The position numbers were made by a program, and so were the translations under genes. Positions 1-9,383 of a stretch of 64,000 nucleotides of DNA are shown here, piece by piece. Below the pieces are notes generated by a model. It searched no databases. It saw only the letters and a program-made list of their open reading frames with translations, and had not been told where the DNA came from. Within the stretch, counting starts at the first letter, position 1, and the number at the start of each line of letters is the position of its first letter. The stretch comes from an archaeon (GTDB taxonomy: Archaea > Methanobacteriota_B > Thermococci > Methanofastidiosales > NM3), in NCBI GenBank assembly GCA_004212155.1, contig RXIG01000019.1, positions 1-64,000 of the forward strand. The letters are read 5' to 3'.

Positions 1-100
1 CCCACGCGGTGGAGCTGCGGACAGGGAGCGTCTCCCTGTCCCCCATGCACTGCTCGAGGAGCGCGTATATGCGCTCCGCGTCCCGTGTCCGCACCGGCAT
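1..100 (-). CDS. Hypothetical protein, 5' end only (runs off window edge)
   Basis: ATG at 100 on the minus strand, open to the edge (MPVRTRDAERIYALLEQCMGDRETLPVRSSTAW). Minus-strand TTTATATA box at 122-129, about 22 nt upstream. Confidence 0.4.
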   Translation of the reverse strand, partial: MPVRTRDAERIYALLEQCMGDRETLPVRSSTAW

Positions 101-136
101 GAGTCCCTATCAACCGCAATCTATATAAACATTTCT

Positions 137-319
137 ATGGATATACTAATCATGCGTAAGCTTTCAGTGATCAAAGGGGACTTCACGCTCACCGACGAGG
201 TGGAGATCGTGTTCGAGAAGACGGTGACACCGTTTGGGAACAGTGCCAAGCTTGATGTTCCCAAACGGTATCTGGGCAAGAGGGCCTATGTTTTGATCCT
301 TGATGATAGTGAAGAGTAG
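137..319 (+). CDS. DUF2080-family transposase-associated small protein
   Basis: 'EKTVTPFGNSAKLDVPKRYLGKRAYVLI' is the characteristic DUF2080 pattern. The start may be ATG 152. Confidence 0.8.
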   Translation: MDILIMRKLSVIKGDFTLTDEVEIVFEKTVTPFGNSAKLDVPKRYLGKRAYVLILDDSEE

Positions 320-350
320 TTTTGTCCCAACGCCTTCTGGACCAATGCAT

Positions 351-358
351 TTTTATAT
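351..358 (+). promoter_or_regulatory. TATA box upstream of the S-layer gene
   Basis: TTTTATAT about 50 nt before ATG 407; GGGGTGA RBS-like motif before the start. Confidence 0.5.
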
Positions 359-406
359 CCTTATCATGTTATCATCAATGGTATCCATTATGATGGGGGT
401 GACCAG

Positions 407-2290
407 ATGCGATATCGTTCATTGATTCTCTTGTTCATTATACTCACTTCACTTACGACGATGCCACCAATGGCGGCAGCCGACGAACCCGAGCTTGAAA
501 GGGATTTTTTCATAGACTCGGAAACGGGCATCCCTAATTGCAAGATCGTCGTCGGTGCTAAGGCTGCGGTATCAGATGTCATCTCGGCATCATGGATAGC
601 GACACAGATAGGGTCGATGGCCTATTATACGGTAAAGGAGGCATCTGTCAGTGAGACTTCGGTAACGTATGACTCGCTCGGTACGCTCTACAATGCCGTC
701 GACGTGCCTGACGATGTGCCGATGATGCCAGACCTTGGTCCGTATGACCCTACAAGCGGCCCTTCATCGATATCGGTGATACCCTATTCATGCACCAAGT
801 CGCCATCATGGAACTACGATGCGTACATCGATGCCCAAACAACGTTTTCGGAGGGGCAGAACTGGTTGGTCGATACAGGATTCTCATTTGAGACTCTTGC
901 CATTGACCTCTCATTTGCGATACCGACACCTGATGCGTCTTCACCCTTTGCACCTGATGCGTCCCAGACGTATCTCCCCAAGGATGATGATGAACGCATA
1001 TATCCTGCCGTGTTCCCACGCAGCTACTGGGGCGTCGAGATCGACGGCACGTCATACGATCCTCGAGGGGGTGCAGTATACCGGGTCATGATCTACGGTC
1101 TTGCAGACCCACTTGATACCACCACGATATCCGCGCGTTCGACCGCATCGCATATGCGAGACCCCATTTACTCGAAAAATACCCACGAACTCTACAATGA
1201 GACGGGAAAGGTATACTTCCTTGGACAGGAGTATCCTGCGTTGAGCGTCGGGACCGATGGTAAGGGATACGACTACATGCTCTACGGCACACCCCACTGG
1301 AACTCGGTAGAGGCGCGGGAGGGAACGGCCTACGTGACACAGACGGGATGGACGGTCGAGTTTACCTCGATAAATATCTATGATTCTACGGTAAGCATCA
1401 CGGCCACAAGCGATGAGGGAAGCTCAAAGGACATCGTCATCGGCGAGGGCGAGTCGTTTGCCTTTACGAGTGAGGTCGTGCCGGGCGTGTCTGTCCCCGT
1501 CATGGCGATATCCATCTCATCGCTGGCCATACGCTCATCCAAGGTCGCAACATGCTCAATCTACTCGCTCTCCGGCGTCGGTGCCATGAGGGAGACGATC
1601 TATGAGCTCGATGATCCGTATACGGTCAGCTCAGACCATGAGTGGTATCTTGATATCATGCCGTTGAACGGGACCCAGCGGCCCGATGTTGACAATGACC
1701 CCGAACTCTACCGAACGGGCAATCCTAGCTATAATGCGTCTGATTCGCTATCGGTCCATGCCCCCGCGGCGGATAAACCCCTGTGTGTGCCCTATCTCGA
1801 GCTATGGCTTGCCACACCCATCGTCGCAAACGGTTCCGGATCGATCTCAGTGCCACTCTTCTCTACGGAAGAAACGCATTACGCCACCATGGAAGTAACT
1901 GACGATGATACCTCTGACGCCATGATATCGGGACATATACGCTTCACGCGCAAGAACATCCAGGAGACCACAACGGTACAGCGAGTCGACATAGAACCAC
2001 AAGACCTGGCGATCAAGGACACTGAGATAACTTCGGACATGAAAAGCGAATACAATCTCATCCTCATCGGGGGGCCTGTCGCAAACAAGGTGGTACAGGA
2101 GATCATAGCGCTCGGACTGACGAGCTTTGAAACCTGGGCCACGTCAGTAGGGGAGTTCCAATACTATGCTGATGTCTTCGTAAAGGGCAAGGATGTCATC
2201 GTCGTCGCGGGAAAGGATCGTGAAGCCACCCATGATGCGGCGAGGTCTTTTTTGAATTCCTTATCCTCACTGCAATCCAGTATCCAGTGA
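407..2290 (+). CDS. S-layer protein (Thermococcus/Methanococcus-type S_layer_N/S_layer_C)
   Basis: Signal peptide; N-terminal 'KIVVGAKAAVSDVISASWIA'; C-terminal 'NLILIGGPVANKVV...KDVIVVAGKDREAT'; acidic and S/T-rich. Confidence 0.85.
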   Translation: MRYRSLILLFIILTSLTTMPPMAAADEPELERDFFIDSETGIPNCKIVVGAKAAVSDVISASWIATQIGSMAYYTVKEASVSETSVTYDSLGTLYNAVDVPDDVPMMPDLGPYDPTSGPSSISVIPYSCTKSPSWNYDAYIDAQTTFSEGQNWLVDTGFSFETLAIDLSFAIPTPDASSPFAPDASQTYLPKDDDERIYPAVFPRSYWGVEIDGTSYDPRGGAVYRVMIYGLADPLDTTTISARSTASHMRDPIYSKNTHELYNETGKVYFLGQEYPALSVGTDGKGYDYMLYGTPHWNSVEAREGTAYVTQTGWTVEFTSINIYDSTVSITATSDEGSSKDIVIGEGESFAFTSEVVPGVSVPVMAISISSLAIRSSKVATCSIYSLSGVGAMRETIYELDDPYTVSSDHEWYLDIMPLNGTQRPDVDNDPELYRTGNPSYNASDSLSVHAPAADKPLCVPYLELWLATPIVANGSGSISVPLFSTEETHYATMEVTDDDTSDAMISGHIRFTRKNIQETTTVQRVDIEPQDLAIKDTEITSDMKSEYNLILIGGPVANKVVQEIIALGLTSFETWATSVGEFQYYADVFVKGKDVIVVAGKDREATHDAARSFLNSLSSLQSSIQ

Positions 2291-2300
2291 ATGGAATGAA

Positions 2301-2307
2301 TTTTTTT
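2301..2307 (+). terminator. Oligo-T archaeal intrinsic terminator (putative)
   Basis: T7 run 10 nt after the S-layer stop codon. Confidence 0.4.
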
Positions 2308-2457
2308 AAAATTAATGCATGATATTATTTAATTGAACCATTACACACATTATGGATATTCCAAAGCCTTTTTTAACACAAAATATGTATCCATTAGACG
2401 CATCAAGAAATCATTTCATGTGAAAAGATTAAAGAGTGACGGTGTAAAGGTACCATC

Positions 2458-3780
2458 ATGCATGACCTCGAAAAGCTTCATGATAATACATTGACCATTG
2501 GCATCGTGGGCGTGGGCTACGTCGGCCTCCCACTTGCCATGTGCTTTTCAAAGGTGTTTACCGTCATAGGATATGACACATCAAGCGAACGCATCGCGCT
2601 ACTTGAGGGGGGCAGGTCGTATATTGACGACGTGACCGATGCCACCCTGGCGGATGTGGTGGGCACCTCGTTTTTTCCCACAAACGATCATGCGCGACTC
2701 GCCGAATGCGATGTGATACTTATCTGTGTCCCGACACCTGTCAAAGAAAATCATGTGCCAGACCTTGGGCCCGTCGAGAACGCCACGAAGACCATCGCCT
2801 CGATCCTGCGCAAGGGGCAGACGGTGGTACTTGAATCCACGACATATCCCGGGACCATGGAGGAGGTGATGAGGCCTATCCTCGAATCGTCCGGCCTATC
2901 GGCGGGGACCGACTTTTTCCTCGCCTACTCGCCCGAACGCATAGACCCGGGCAACAAGCACCACACGATCTACAACACACCAAAGGTCGTGGGGGGCATG
3001 GACGAGCGCACGACGACGTTTATAACAGCGCTCTACCAGAAGGCTATCAACGCTCCGATCGTATCAGTGAGCAACATTCGCACGGCCGAGGCAACGAAGA
3101 TCTTTGAGAACGTGTTCAGGGCCGTGAACATAGCGCTTGTGAACGAACTGTCCATCGTCTTCGACCACATGGGCATCAACACGTGGGAGGTCATACAGGC
3201 GGCATCATCCAAACCCATGGGATTCATGGCACATTATCCCGGGGTGGGCGTGGGCGGCCACTGCATACCCGTCGATCCCTACTACCTGTCATACAAGGCG
3301 CGAAAATGCGGTCACACAACGAGATTCATAGAACTTGCAGGTCAGATCAACTCGTACATGCCGGTGCATGCGACATACCTTGCGCTCGATGCGATGGCAC
3401 ATGCCGGCGTGACGATACACGACGCATCGGTGACGGTGCTTGGCGTGACGTACAAGCCCAATACGATGGATACGAGGGACTCGCCATCGTTTGACATCAT
3501 ACGCCATTTGCAGGGCATCGTCAAGACCGTCACGTTCCACGACCCGTTCGTCGATGATATCGTGGTGGACGGGTCAGCGTACAAGAGTGTGAAAACGCTC
3601 GAGGAAGCGCTCAATTGCGACTGCGCCATCCTTGCAGTTGACCATGAGGCATACAGGGGCGTTGAAGCGCTCCTTGCTCGATCGAACGTTCGCGCCGTAG
3701 TCGACGGGAAGAACTTCCTTGACAGTTCATCCATCCCGAACAAGGTATACAGAGGCATAGGAAAAGGTGGTATGCAATGA
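2458..3780 (+). CDS. Nucleotide-sugar dehydrogenase (UDP-N-acetylhexosamine 6-dehydrogenase, WecC/WbpA family)
   Basis: GVGYVGLP Rossmann motif, CVPTP, ESTTYPG, SPERIDPGN, catalytic GVGGHCIPVDP. Confidence 0.92.
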   Translation: MHDLEKLHDNTLTIGIVGVGYVGLPLAMCFSKVFTVIGYDTSSERIALLEGGRSYIDDVTDATLADVVGTSFFPTNDHARLAECDVILICVPTPVKENHVPDLGPVENATKTIASILRKGQTVVLESTTYPGTMEEVMRPILESSGLSAGTDFFLAYSPERIDPGNKHHTIYNTPKVVGGMDERTTTFITALYQKAINAPIVSVSNIRTAEATKIFENVFRAVNIALVNELSIVFDHMGINTWEVIQAASSKPMGFMAHYPGVGVGGHCIPVDPYYLSYKARKCGHTTRFIELAGQINSYMPVHATYLALDAMAHAGVTIHDASVTVLGVTYKPNTMDTRDSPSFDIIRHLQGIVKTVTFHDPFVDDIVVDGSAYKSVKTLEEALNCDCAILAVDHEAYRGVEALLARSNVRAVVDGKNFLDSSSIPNKVYRGIGKGGMQ

Positions 3781-4883
3781 ACATTCTCACGGTCGTCGGG
3801 GCACGGCCAAATTTCATCAAGGTGGCCCCACTACTTCGACAGTTCAAAAGAAATGACATATCATATGACCTCATACACACGGGGCAACACTATGATGTGG
3901 CGCTCTCGCAGGTCTTTTTCGAACAGCTTGACATCCCAACGCCCGACCACTACCTCGGTGTCGGCAGCGGCACTCACGGCGTGCAGACGGGAAAGACCAT
4001 GATGAAGATCGAGGAGATACTCATGGAGCAAGACTACGACCTCGTATGCGTCGTTGGGGACGTGAACTCGACGCTTGCGGCTGCGCTTGCGGCCGTTAAG
4101 CTCCACGTGCCTGTCGCACATATAGAAGCGGGATACCGGTCGTATGACATGCGAATGCCGGAGGAGATCAACAGGGTGCTCGTAGACAGGGTCTCCCAGC
4201 TCCTCTTTGCCCCCACGGAGACGGCCGTCCTCAATCTCATCAACGAAGGGGTGTCACAAGAACGTATCTTCCTCGTTGGCAACATCATGTGCGAGACGCT
4301 CCTTACGAACATGTCCAAGATGTCGCGTCCGTCGGAGATAGAGGAGGATGAGTATGTGCTCCTCACGGCACACCGCGCAGAAAACACTGACGATCCACAA
4401 CGTCTCCGCTCGATACTGGAGGGCGCATCTGCGTCTGAACTGCCCGTGCTCTTCCCTGCCCACCCGCGCACGGTCCAAAAGCTCGGGGACCTTGGACTGC
4501 GTGAATGGGTAGAGGAAACATCCTCGATTCGCATCATCGAACCGTTGACATACCTTGACTTCCAGTATGCCCTCTCCCATGCACGCGTTGTCCTGACCGA
4601 TTCTGGCGGCGTTCAAGAAGAGGCGCTCATGCACCACGTGCCCTGCCTCACGCTGCGCACGAACACCGAGCGAATGATCACGCTCCAGTATGGCGCAAAT
4701 ACGCTCGTTGGCATGGAAGCATCCCGGATCGCAGCGCACCTCAGAGAGGCGCTGCAAGGCCATCGTGGCTCGTGGCCAATACCACCCTTCTGGGACGAAC
4801 ACGTCTCAGAGCGCATCGTAGGACACATACGGCAACACTCAGACCTGATATCGATACCCTCAAACGACATTATCATGCCGTGA
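3777..4883 (+). CDS. wecB: UDP-N-acetylglucosamine 2-epimerase (non-hydrolysing)
   Basis: GARPNFIK, HTGQHYD, HIEAG, PEEINR, TDSGGVQEEA; overlaps the upstream gene (ATGA). Confidence 0.93.
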   Translation: MNILTVVGARPNFIKVAPLLRQFKRNDISYDLIHTGQHYDVALSQVFFEQLDIPTPDHYLGVGSGTHGVQTGKTMMKIEEILMEQDYDLVCVVGDVNSTLAAALAAVKLHVPVAHIEAGYRSYDMRMPEEINRVLVDRVSQLLFAPTETAVLNLINEGVSQERIFLVGNIMCETLLTNMSKMSRPSEIEEDEYVLLTAHRAENTDDPQRLRSILEGASASELPVLFPAHPRTVQKLGDLGLREWVEETSSIRIIEPLTYLDFQYALSHARVVLTDSGGVQEEALMHHVPCLTLRTNTERMITLQYGANTLVGMEASRIAAHLREALQGHRGSWPIPPFWDEHVSERIVGHIRQHSDLISIPSNDIIMP

Positions 4884-5688
4884 CATCGATGCGGCGCCGC
4901 GCGTGGCATACGAGCCCCACGACCGAGACGCCCAGGGGCAGGAGCATGAAAGGCCATACGTGACCGATATAGTGTGAAGCCAGCGTGTCCGCATACGCCG
5001 AAATAGACGCATGTCCCAATGCGTCTGCTGTGGAACGGATGTATGCGGCGATGGCCATCATACCGATGAATGAACCGATGCATGAGAGGACGCCTCCGTG
5101 GATGAACGCACGAGAGGTCGGTAGCTCTTCTTTTTTCTTGTAGCCCATGAATCCGACGGTGCCAAGGATCGCCATGCCCATCCACCGCATGTACGAGAGG
5201 ACCGTATAGCGGATGTGTATCGAATCCACGGCCGAACCGTTGAGGAAAAGTGAAACAGGCAATGTCTCTGGTATGAGTTGTTCGAAGTACGTGGCAGGCA
5301 GTGGATATGACGTGGCAAGGTAGGCGGCAAGGGTGCGCCTCAGAGGAACGATGGACACCTGTGATGACAGGTCCCCTCTTCCAGCGATGCTGTCCAGGAA
5401 TGAAGAGACCACAATACGTCCCTGCTGCCTGACCCATGAATCTGAAAGCGCATCGTGCAACCGTGACGCGAGCTCGTTTGCATCTGACATCATGACAAAC
5501 GCGGATAGGATCGAGCCAGCGTCCTCTGCCACCAATGTAAGGAACGCTTCATGTTCAACGCTCTCATCCAGTGCCGAGACAAGACGTTCTTCCGAGGTAA
5601 GGAACGAATACGACACGGATGAGACGAGCACAAGGGAGAGGCATAGCGCCCCCACGAGCACAAGTGCCCAATATGTGCGAACATCCAT
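4873..5688 (-). CDS. Hypothetical membrane protein
   Basis: N-terminal hydrophobic helix, a soluble segment, then about 3 C-terminal TM helices; fills the gap between wecB and DUF368. Confidence 0.65.
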   Translation of the reverse strand: MDVRTYWALVLVGALCLSLVLVSSVSYSFLTSEERLVSALDESVEHEAFLTLVAEDAGSILSAFVMMSDANELASRLHDALSDSWVRQQGRIVVSSFLDSIAGRGDLSSQVSIVPLRRTLAAYLATSYPLPATYFEQLIPETLPVSLFLNGSAVDSIHIRYTVLSYMRWMGMAILGTVGFMGYKKKEELPTSRAFIHGGVLSCIGSFIGMMAIAAYIRSTADALGHASISAYADTLASHYIGHVWPFMLLPLGVSVVGLVCHARRRIDVTA

Positions 5689-5777
5689 ATACTACAGTGG
5701 TAGGCGCCATTTAATAGTATTTTTTGTAATAAGGAAACCGGGGCACATATTTTTATTCAACGCGCCATAGTCATCGT

Positions 5778-6596
5778 ATGGGCCTCGTGCATCGCATACG
5801 CCTCGATCCGCCTCTGCTGGTCAAGGGCATGGTGATGGGCATTGCAAACATCATACCAGGCGTCTCAGGAGGAACGCTTGCCGTCGTGCTTGGCATCTAC
5901 GACCAGCTCATCGGTGCCATATCCGGTGTGTTTCGCACACGACAAGACAGAGGCAAAAACGTCTTGTTCCTTGCCCATGTGGCGGGAGGGGCCCTCATTG
6001 CTATCACTGCGCTTGCGACGGTGATCGACTTCCTCTACGAGAGCTACACGTATCCGACGGTATACTTCTTCATCGGACTGATAATGGGGAGCATACCGGT
6101 GGTCTATCGGCAACACACCCAGATGCGTCCGTCACCCGTGCATGCTGCGTATCTTCTCGCCGGTGTCGTCTCCGTCATCGCACTTACGCTTCTTGCCCCC
6201 GATAATGGTGCGGCGGTCTCTGGCAATGACGGGATAGTGCTTTTATTCATCGCTGGCATCGCAGGCGCTGCAGCGATGATCGTGCCGGGGTTTTCGGGCT
6301 CATTCGTCCTGGTCGTGATGGGTGTCTACTGGCGACTCATCGATGCGGTCAATCAATTCGACGTCGTTACACTCATTCCCCCTATCCTGGGGGGCATCGT
6401 AGGTATCGTCTTCGTCTCCCATGGCATCGAGATCGTCCTCAAGCGGTATCCAACGAAGTTCTACTACTTCATCATCGGGCTCCTGATTGCATCCGTATGG
6501 AAGCTCTACCCCGGCATGCCGCACGGCGTGATGCTCGCAGCAAGTGTGGTCACGCTCATCGCCGGCGCACTGATGGCCATCCGCTTGTCAGAATAG
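5778..6596 (+). CDS. DUF368 family polyprenyl-phosphate transporter-like membrane protein
   Basis: Internal repeat motifs 'MGIANIIPGVSGGTLA' and 'AMIVPGFSGSFVL'; multiple TM helices. Confidence 0.9.
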   Translation: MGLVHRIRLDPPLLVKGMVMGIANIIPGVSGGTLAVVLGIYDQLIGAISGVFRTRQDRGKNVLFLAHVAGGALIAITALATVIDFLYESYTYPTVYFFIGLIMGSIPVVYRQHTQMRPSPVHAAYLLAGVVSVIALTLLAPDNGAAVSGNDGIVLLFIAGIAGAAAMIVPGFSGSFVLVVMGVYWRLIDAVNQFDVVTLIPPILGGIVGIVFVSHGIEIVLKRYPTKFYYFIIGLLIASVWKLYPGMPHGVMLAASVVTLIAGALMAIRLSE

Positions 6597-6629
6597 ATTT
6601 TTAAGCGATGACGCGAAGAGAAGGGATGT

Positions 6630-7529
6630 ATGGCCTCGTGGAAGAACACCGAACGGATAGGAAGGATGATAGGAACGGCGCAATCCATCGTGTTGCCAAC
6701 GCGCGGATGCTCCTACGACCAGTGCTACATGTGCTCATACTCTAGGGAATGTCCCTCTGTAACTCCGGAAACCATTGTCGAAACGTTCGCTGAGTCGTTC
6801 GATCCTTCTGTCGACAAGGTCAAGATCTTCACATCGGGAAGCTTTCTTGACACCAAGGAGCTCGCCCTCGACCAGATGACGCGCATCGCAGACATCGTCG
6901 CATCGTCTGATGTCCGCGAGCTGTGTGTGGAAACACGACCCGAGTTCGTGAACGAAAAAACGCTGGCGCAGATCAAAGACCATCTTGGGGGGATATCGCT
7001 TGAAGTTGCCATAGGGCTTGAATCAGCAAATGACGATGTGCTGACCTACTACATCAACAAGGGATTCACGTATGCAGACTATGAGTCAGCATCAACCCTC
7101 ATCCATGCGCTTGATTGTCATGTCAAGACATACCTGCTCCTCAAGCCCCCGTTCATGACAGAGTATGAGGCGATGGTCGATGTCGTCGACAGTGCCAAGG
7201 CGATAGAGAAGATAACAGATGTCATCTCGATAAATCCCGTCTCGATCCATAAATACACACCATTGGAACAGTTATGGCGGAAGCGCTCGTACCGGCCGCC
7301 CTATCTGTGGTCGCTTGTATCGTGCCTCAACGAGGTGCGAAAGATCGACCCCCAGGTCATGTCCCATCCCGTCGCCGTGGGTAAGGAGCGGGGCATCCAC
7401 AACTGTGGCAGCTGTGAGCAGGAGATAATGAAGCAGGTCGAGGCATACAACCTCCATGGCAGTGCCATCGACGCGTCGTGTCCCTGCAAGGACGAATGGG
7501 AACACGAGCTCACGAAGGTCTTTTCTTAA
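6630..7529 (+). CDS. Archaeosine biosynthesis radical SAM protein RaSEA (TIGR01210-like)
   Basis: TRGCSYDQCYMCSY, KIFTSGSFLD, ETRPEF, IGLES, YLLLKPPF, YRPPYLWS, HNCGSC. Confidence 0.85.
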   Translation: MASWKNTERIGRMIGTAQSIVLPTRGCSYDQCYMCSYSRECPSVTPETIVETFAESFDPSVDKVKIFTSGSFLDTKELALDQMTRIADIVASSDVRELCVETRPEFVNEKTLAQIKDHLGGISLEVAIGLESANDDVLTYYINKGFTYADYESASTLIHALDCHVKTYLLLKPPFMTEYEAMVDVVDSAKAIEKITDVISINPVSIHKYTPLEQLWRKRSYRPPYLWSLVSCLNEVRKIDPQVMSHPVAVGKERGIHNCGSCEQEIMKQVEAYNLHGSAIDASCPCKDEWEHELTKVFS

Positions 7530-7972
7530 TGTGAGGAGTAGAGGTCGTCTTTGGGATTGAACGCCTCGATGACGTTGCCATCGGGATCAAGGAAGTAGAA
7601 GAAGCGCTTACCATCTATTTTCTCATTGCCGTGCACGAGCGTGAGAGGGGCAGATATCGTCTTGACGCCGTCATGGACAAGTCGTGCGTAAAGCTCGTCC
7701 ACATCTTCGACCTGGAATGCGATGTGGTTGAACGACGAAGGTGATTCATCAAGTGGTGGTGAGAGCTCAACAAGCTCGATCGTTACCTCGTTTTTCTCAT
7801 CTGAGAGTACCGCAAACGTCGCATCGAAGCCCCTGATGCCCGTCACGGTCTCGAACTGGGGTCCGCTGATGGGATGTTCAAACTGCGGAGCGAGCCCCAG
7901 ATAGCGCACATAAAACTGCTTGGAACGGGAAAGATCGGATACCCGAAGAGCGATGTGGTTGAATAGTGCCAT
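7526..7972 (-). CDS. VOC (glyoxalase/bleomycin-resistance) family protein
   Basis: FNHIALRVSDL...FY, NHIAFQVEDVD, FYFLDPDGNVIE; start re-assigned to MALFNH (7972). Confidence 0.88.
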   Translation of the reverse strand: MALFNHIALRVSDLSRSKQFYVRYLGLAPQFEHPISGPQFETVTGIRGFDATFAVLSDEKNEVTIELVELSPPLDESPSSFNHIAFQVEDVDELYARLVHDGVKTISAPLTLVHGNEKIDGKRFFYFLDPDGNVIEAFNPKDDLYSSH

Positions 7973-7986
7973 GGGTATACACTGGT

Positions 7987-8169
7987 TCAGACTATTTTTT
8001 TCTCCTTGAGAAACGACACAAAACATGCGCGGGAACAAAAGTACATTCGTGCGAGATGCTTGGGATCGCGCCAAAATTCCAGTACGATGCGGCCCTTGTT
8101 ATGGATATCGAAATCGGTCTTGCAGTTCTCACAGGTCTTTTGTTTCCCCTTCATGTCGTTCACCACCAT
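7987..8169 (-). CDS. Small TRASH/YHS-like Cys4 metal-binding protein
   Basis: CENC...YFCSRAC pattern; co-oriented just upstream of the VOC gene; AT-rich TATA-like segment at about 8185-8193. Confidence 0.6.
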   Translation of the reverse strand: MVVNDMKGKQKTCENCKTDFDIHNKGRIVLEFWRDPKHLARMYFCSRACFVSFLKEKKIV

Positions 8170-8345
8170 TACATGCAGTCGAGCTTTTTATAACTTTTTG
8201 ATAGTATGGGGTTAGCACATGACGGCCCATTCCAGGCAGCTGTTGCCATCGATCGCACGTGATCGTGTTGGGAAAAGGATGGTCTTACTACCATGTGCAA
8301 AAAGCCTGGTAATACGGGCGGTCTCGATGAACGGTCACATGGGGT

Positions 8346-9383
8346 CTAGAGACCACTATGTGTAAGGCCGTCATCATCTGTGGCCTCGTGCTCCACCATC
8401 GGGGATGGAAGCCCTGTCACGATCGCCATCACTTGAAGGTAATCATCGAAACGTTCATCGATGCATGCGCCCCATATTGAGTTGATCGACGGTGATATGA
8501 GTGTGTGCACCGTATCACATGCGTCAAGTGCCTCCTCGAGCTTGAGGGAGGGTCCCCCGGTAATGTGGAGCAGAGCGCCCGTGGCACTGCGGTAATCGCC
8601 GTCGGAAAGCGTCTGGTCCAGTGCCATCCTGACCGCCTCCCTCCCCTTTTTTCCATCCTTTGCGCGACCGAGGCCCACAACAGCATGGCCGCCCTCATGC
8701 ATCACCTGTTTCACATCTGCGAGGTCGATATTGACGAGCGCAGGCGTGGTAAGGATGCCTGATACGCCGCGAAGCATTGAGAAGAGCACGTCATCGACCA
8801 TCGAGAACGCACGGCCGATAGGTTCGTTGGGGGCCCGCTCGAGCAGTGTGTTGTTATCGATCGTGACCACCGTATGCGCAGCCCGTTCCAGTTCGGCAAT
8901 GCTTTTCCTTGCGATCGCGCGCCTTCGGGGCCCTTCCATATGGAATGGAAGCGTCACGGCAGCAATGACAAGCGCCCCCGCATCGCGGGCACACTGTGCC
9001 ACGTACGGTGCGGCACCGCTACCCGTGCCGCCGCCAAGACCCGCAGTGACAAAGACGAGCTCCGTGTCGCGCACCATGTCCTTGATGTCGCTGCGGTGTT
9101 CCTTGGCAGAAAAGAGGCCTCTGTCGGGATCGCCGCCTGCCCCCAGCCCCTCGGTGAGCTTTTCCCCGATGACCATCCTCTTGTCGGCCTGTGAGGCTAG
9201 AAGATGTTGTTTGTCCGTATTGAGGGCGATCGTCTCGACGCAGGGAAGGGCACCTTCCCGTGACAATCTTGTAACGGTGTTGTTGCCAGCCCCGCCAACG
9301 CCCACGACCTTGACCCTGACATCAGGCACTGAGTCAAGCATCTCGAACGTGTGATCATCCGTATCGTCCGTTGTATCACCCAT
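8346..9383 (-). CDS. ftsZ: Cell division protein FtsZ
   Basis: VVGVGGAGNN, NTD, GLGAGGDP, tubulin signature GLGGGTGSG, TLPFxxEG, T7 loop VNIDLADV; start taken at MGDTT. Confidence 0.93.
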   Translation of the reverse strand: MGDTTDDTDDHTFEMLDSVPDVRVKVVGVGGAGNNTVTRLSREGALPCVETIALNTDKQHLLASQADKRMVIGEKLTEGLGAGGDPDRGLFSAKEHRSDIKDMVRDTELVFVTAGLGGGTGSGAAPYVAQCARDAGALVIAAVTLPFHMEGPRRRAIARKSIAELERAAHTVVTIDNNTLLERAPNEPIGRAFSMVDDVLFSMLRGVSGILTTPALVNIDLADVKQVMHEGGHAVVGLGRAKDGKKGREAVRMALDQTLSDGDYRSATGALLHITGGPSLKLEEALDACDTVHTLISPSINSIWGACIDERFDDYLQVMAIVTGLPSPMVEHEATDDDGLTHSGL

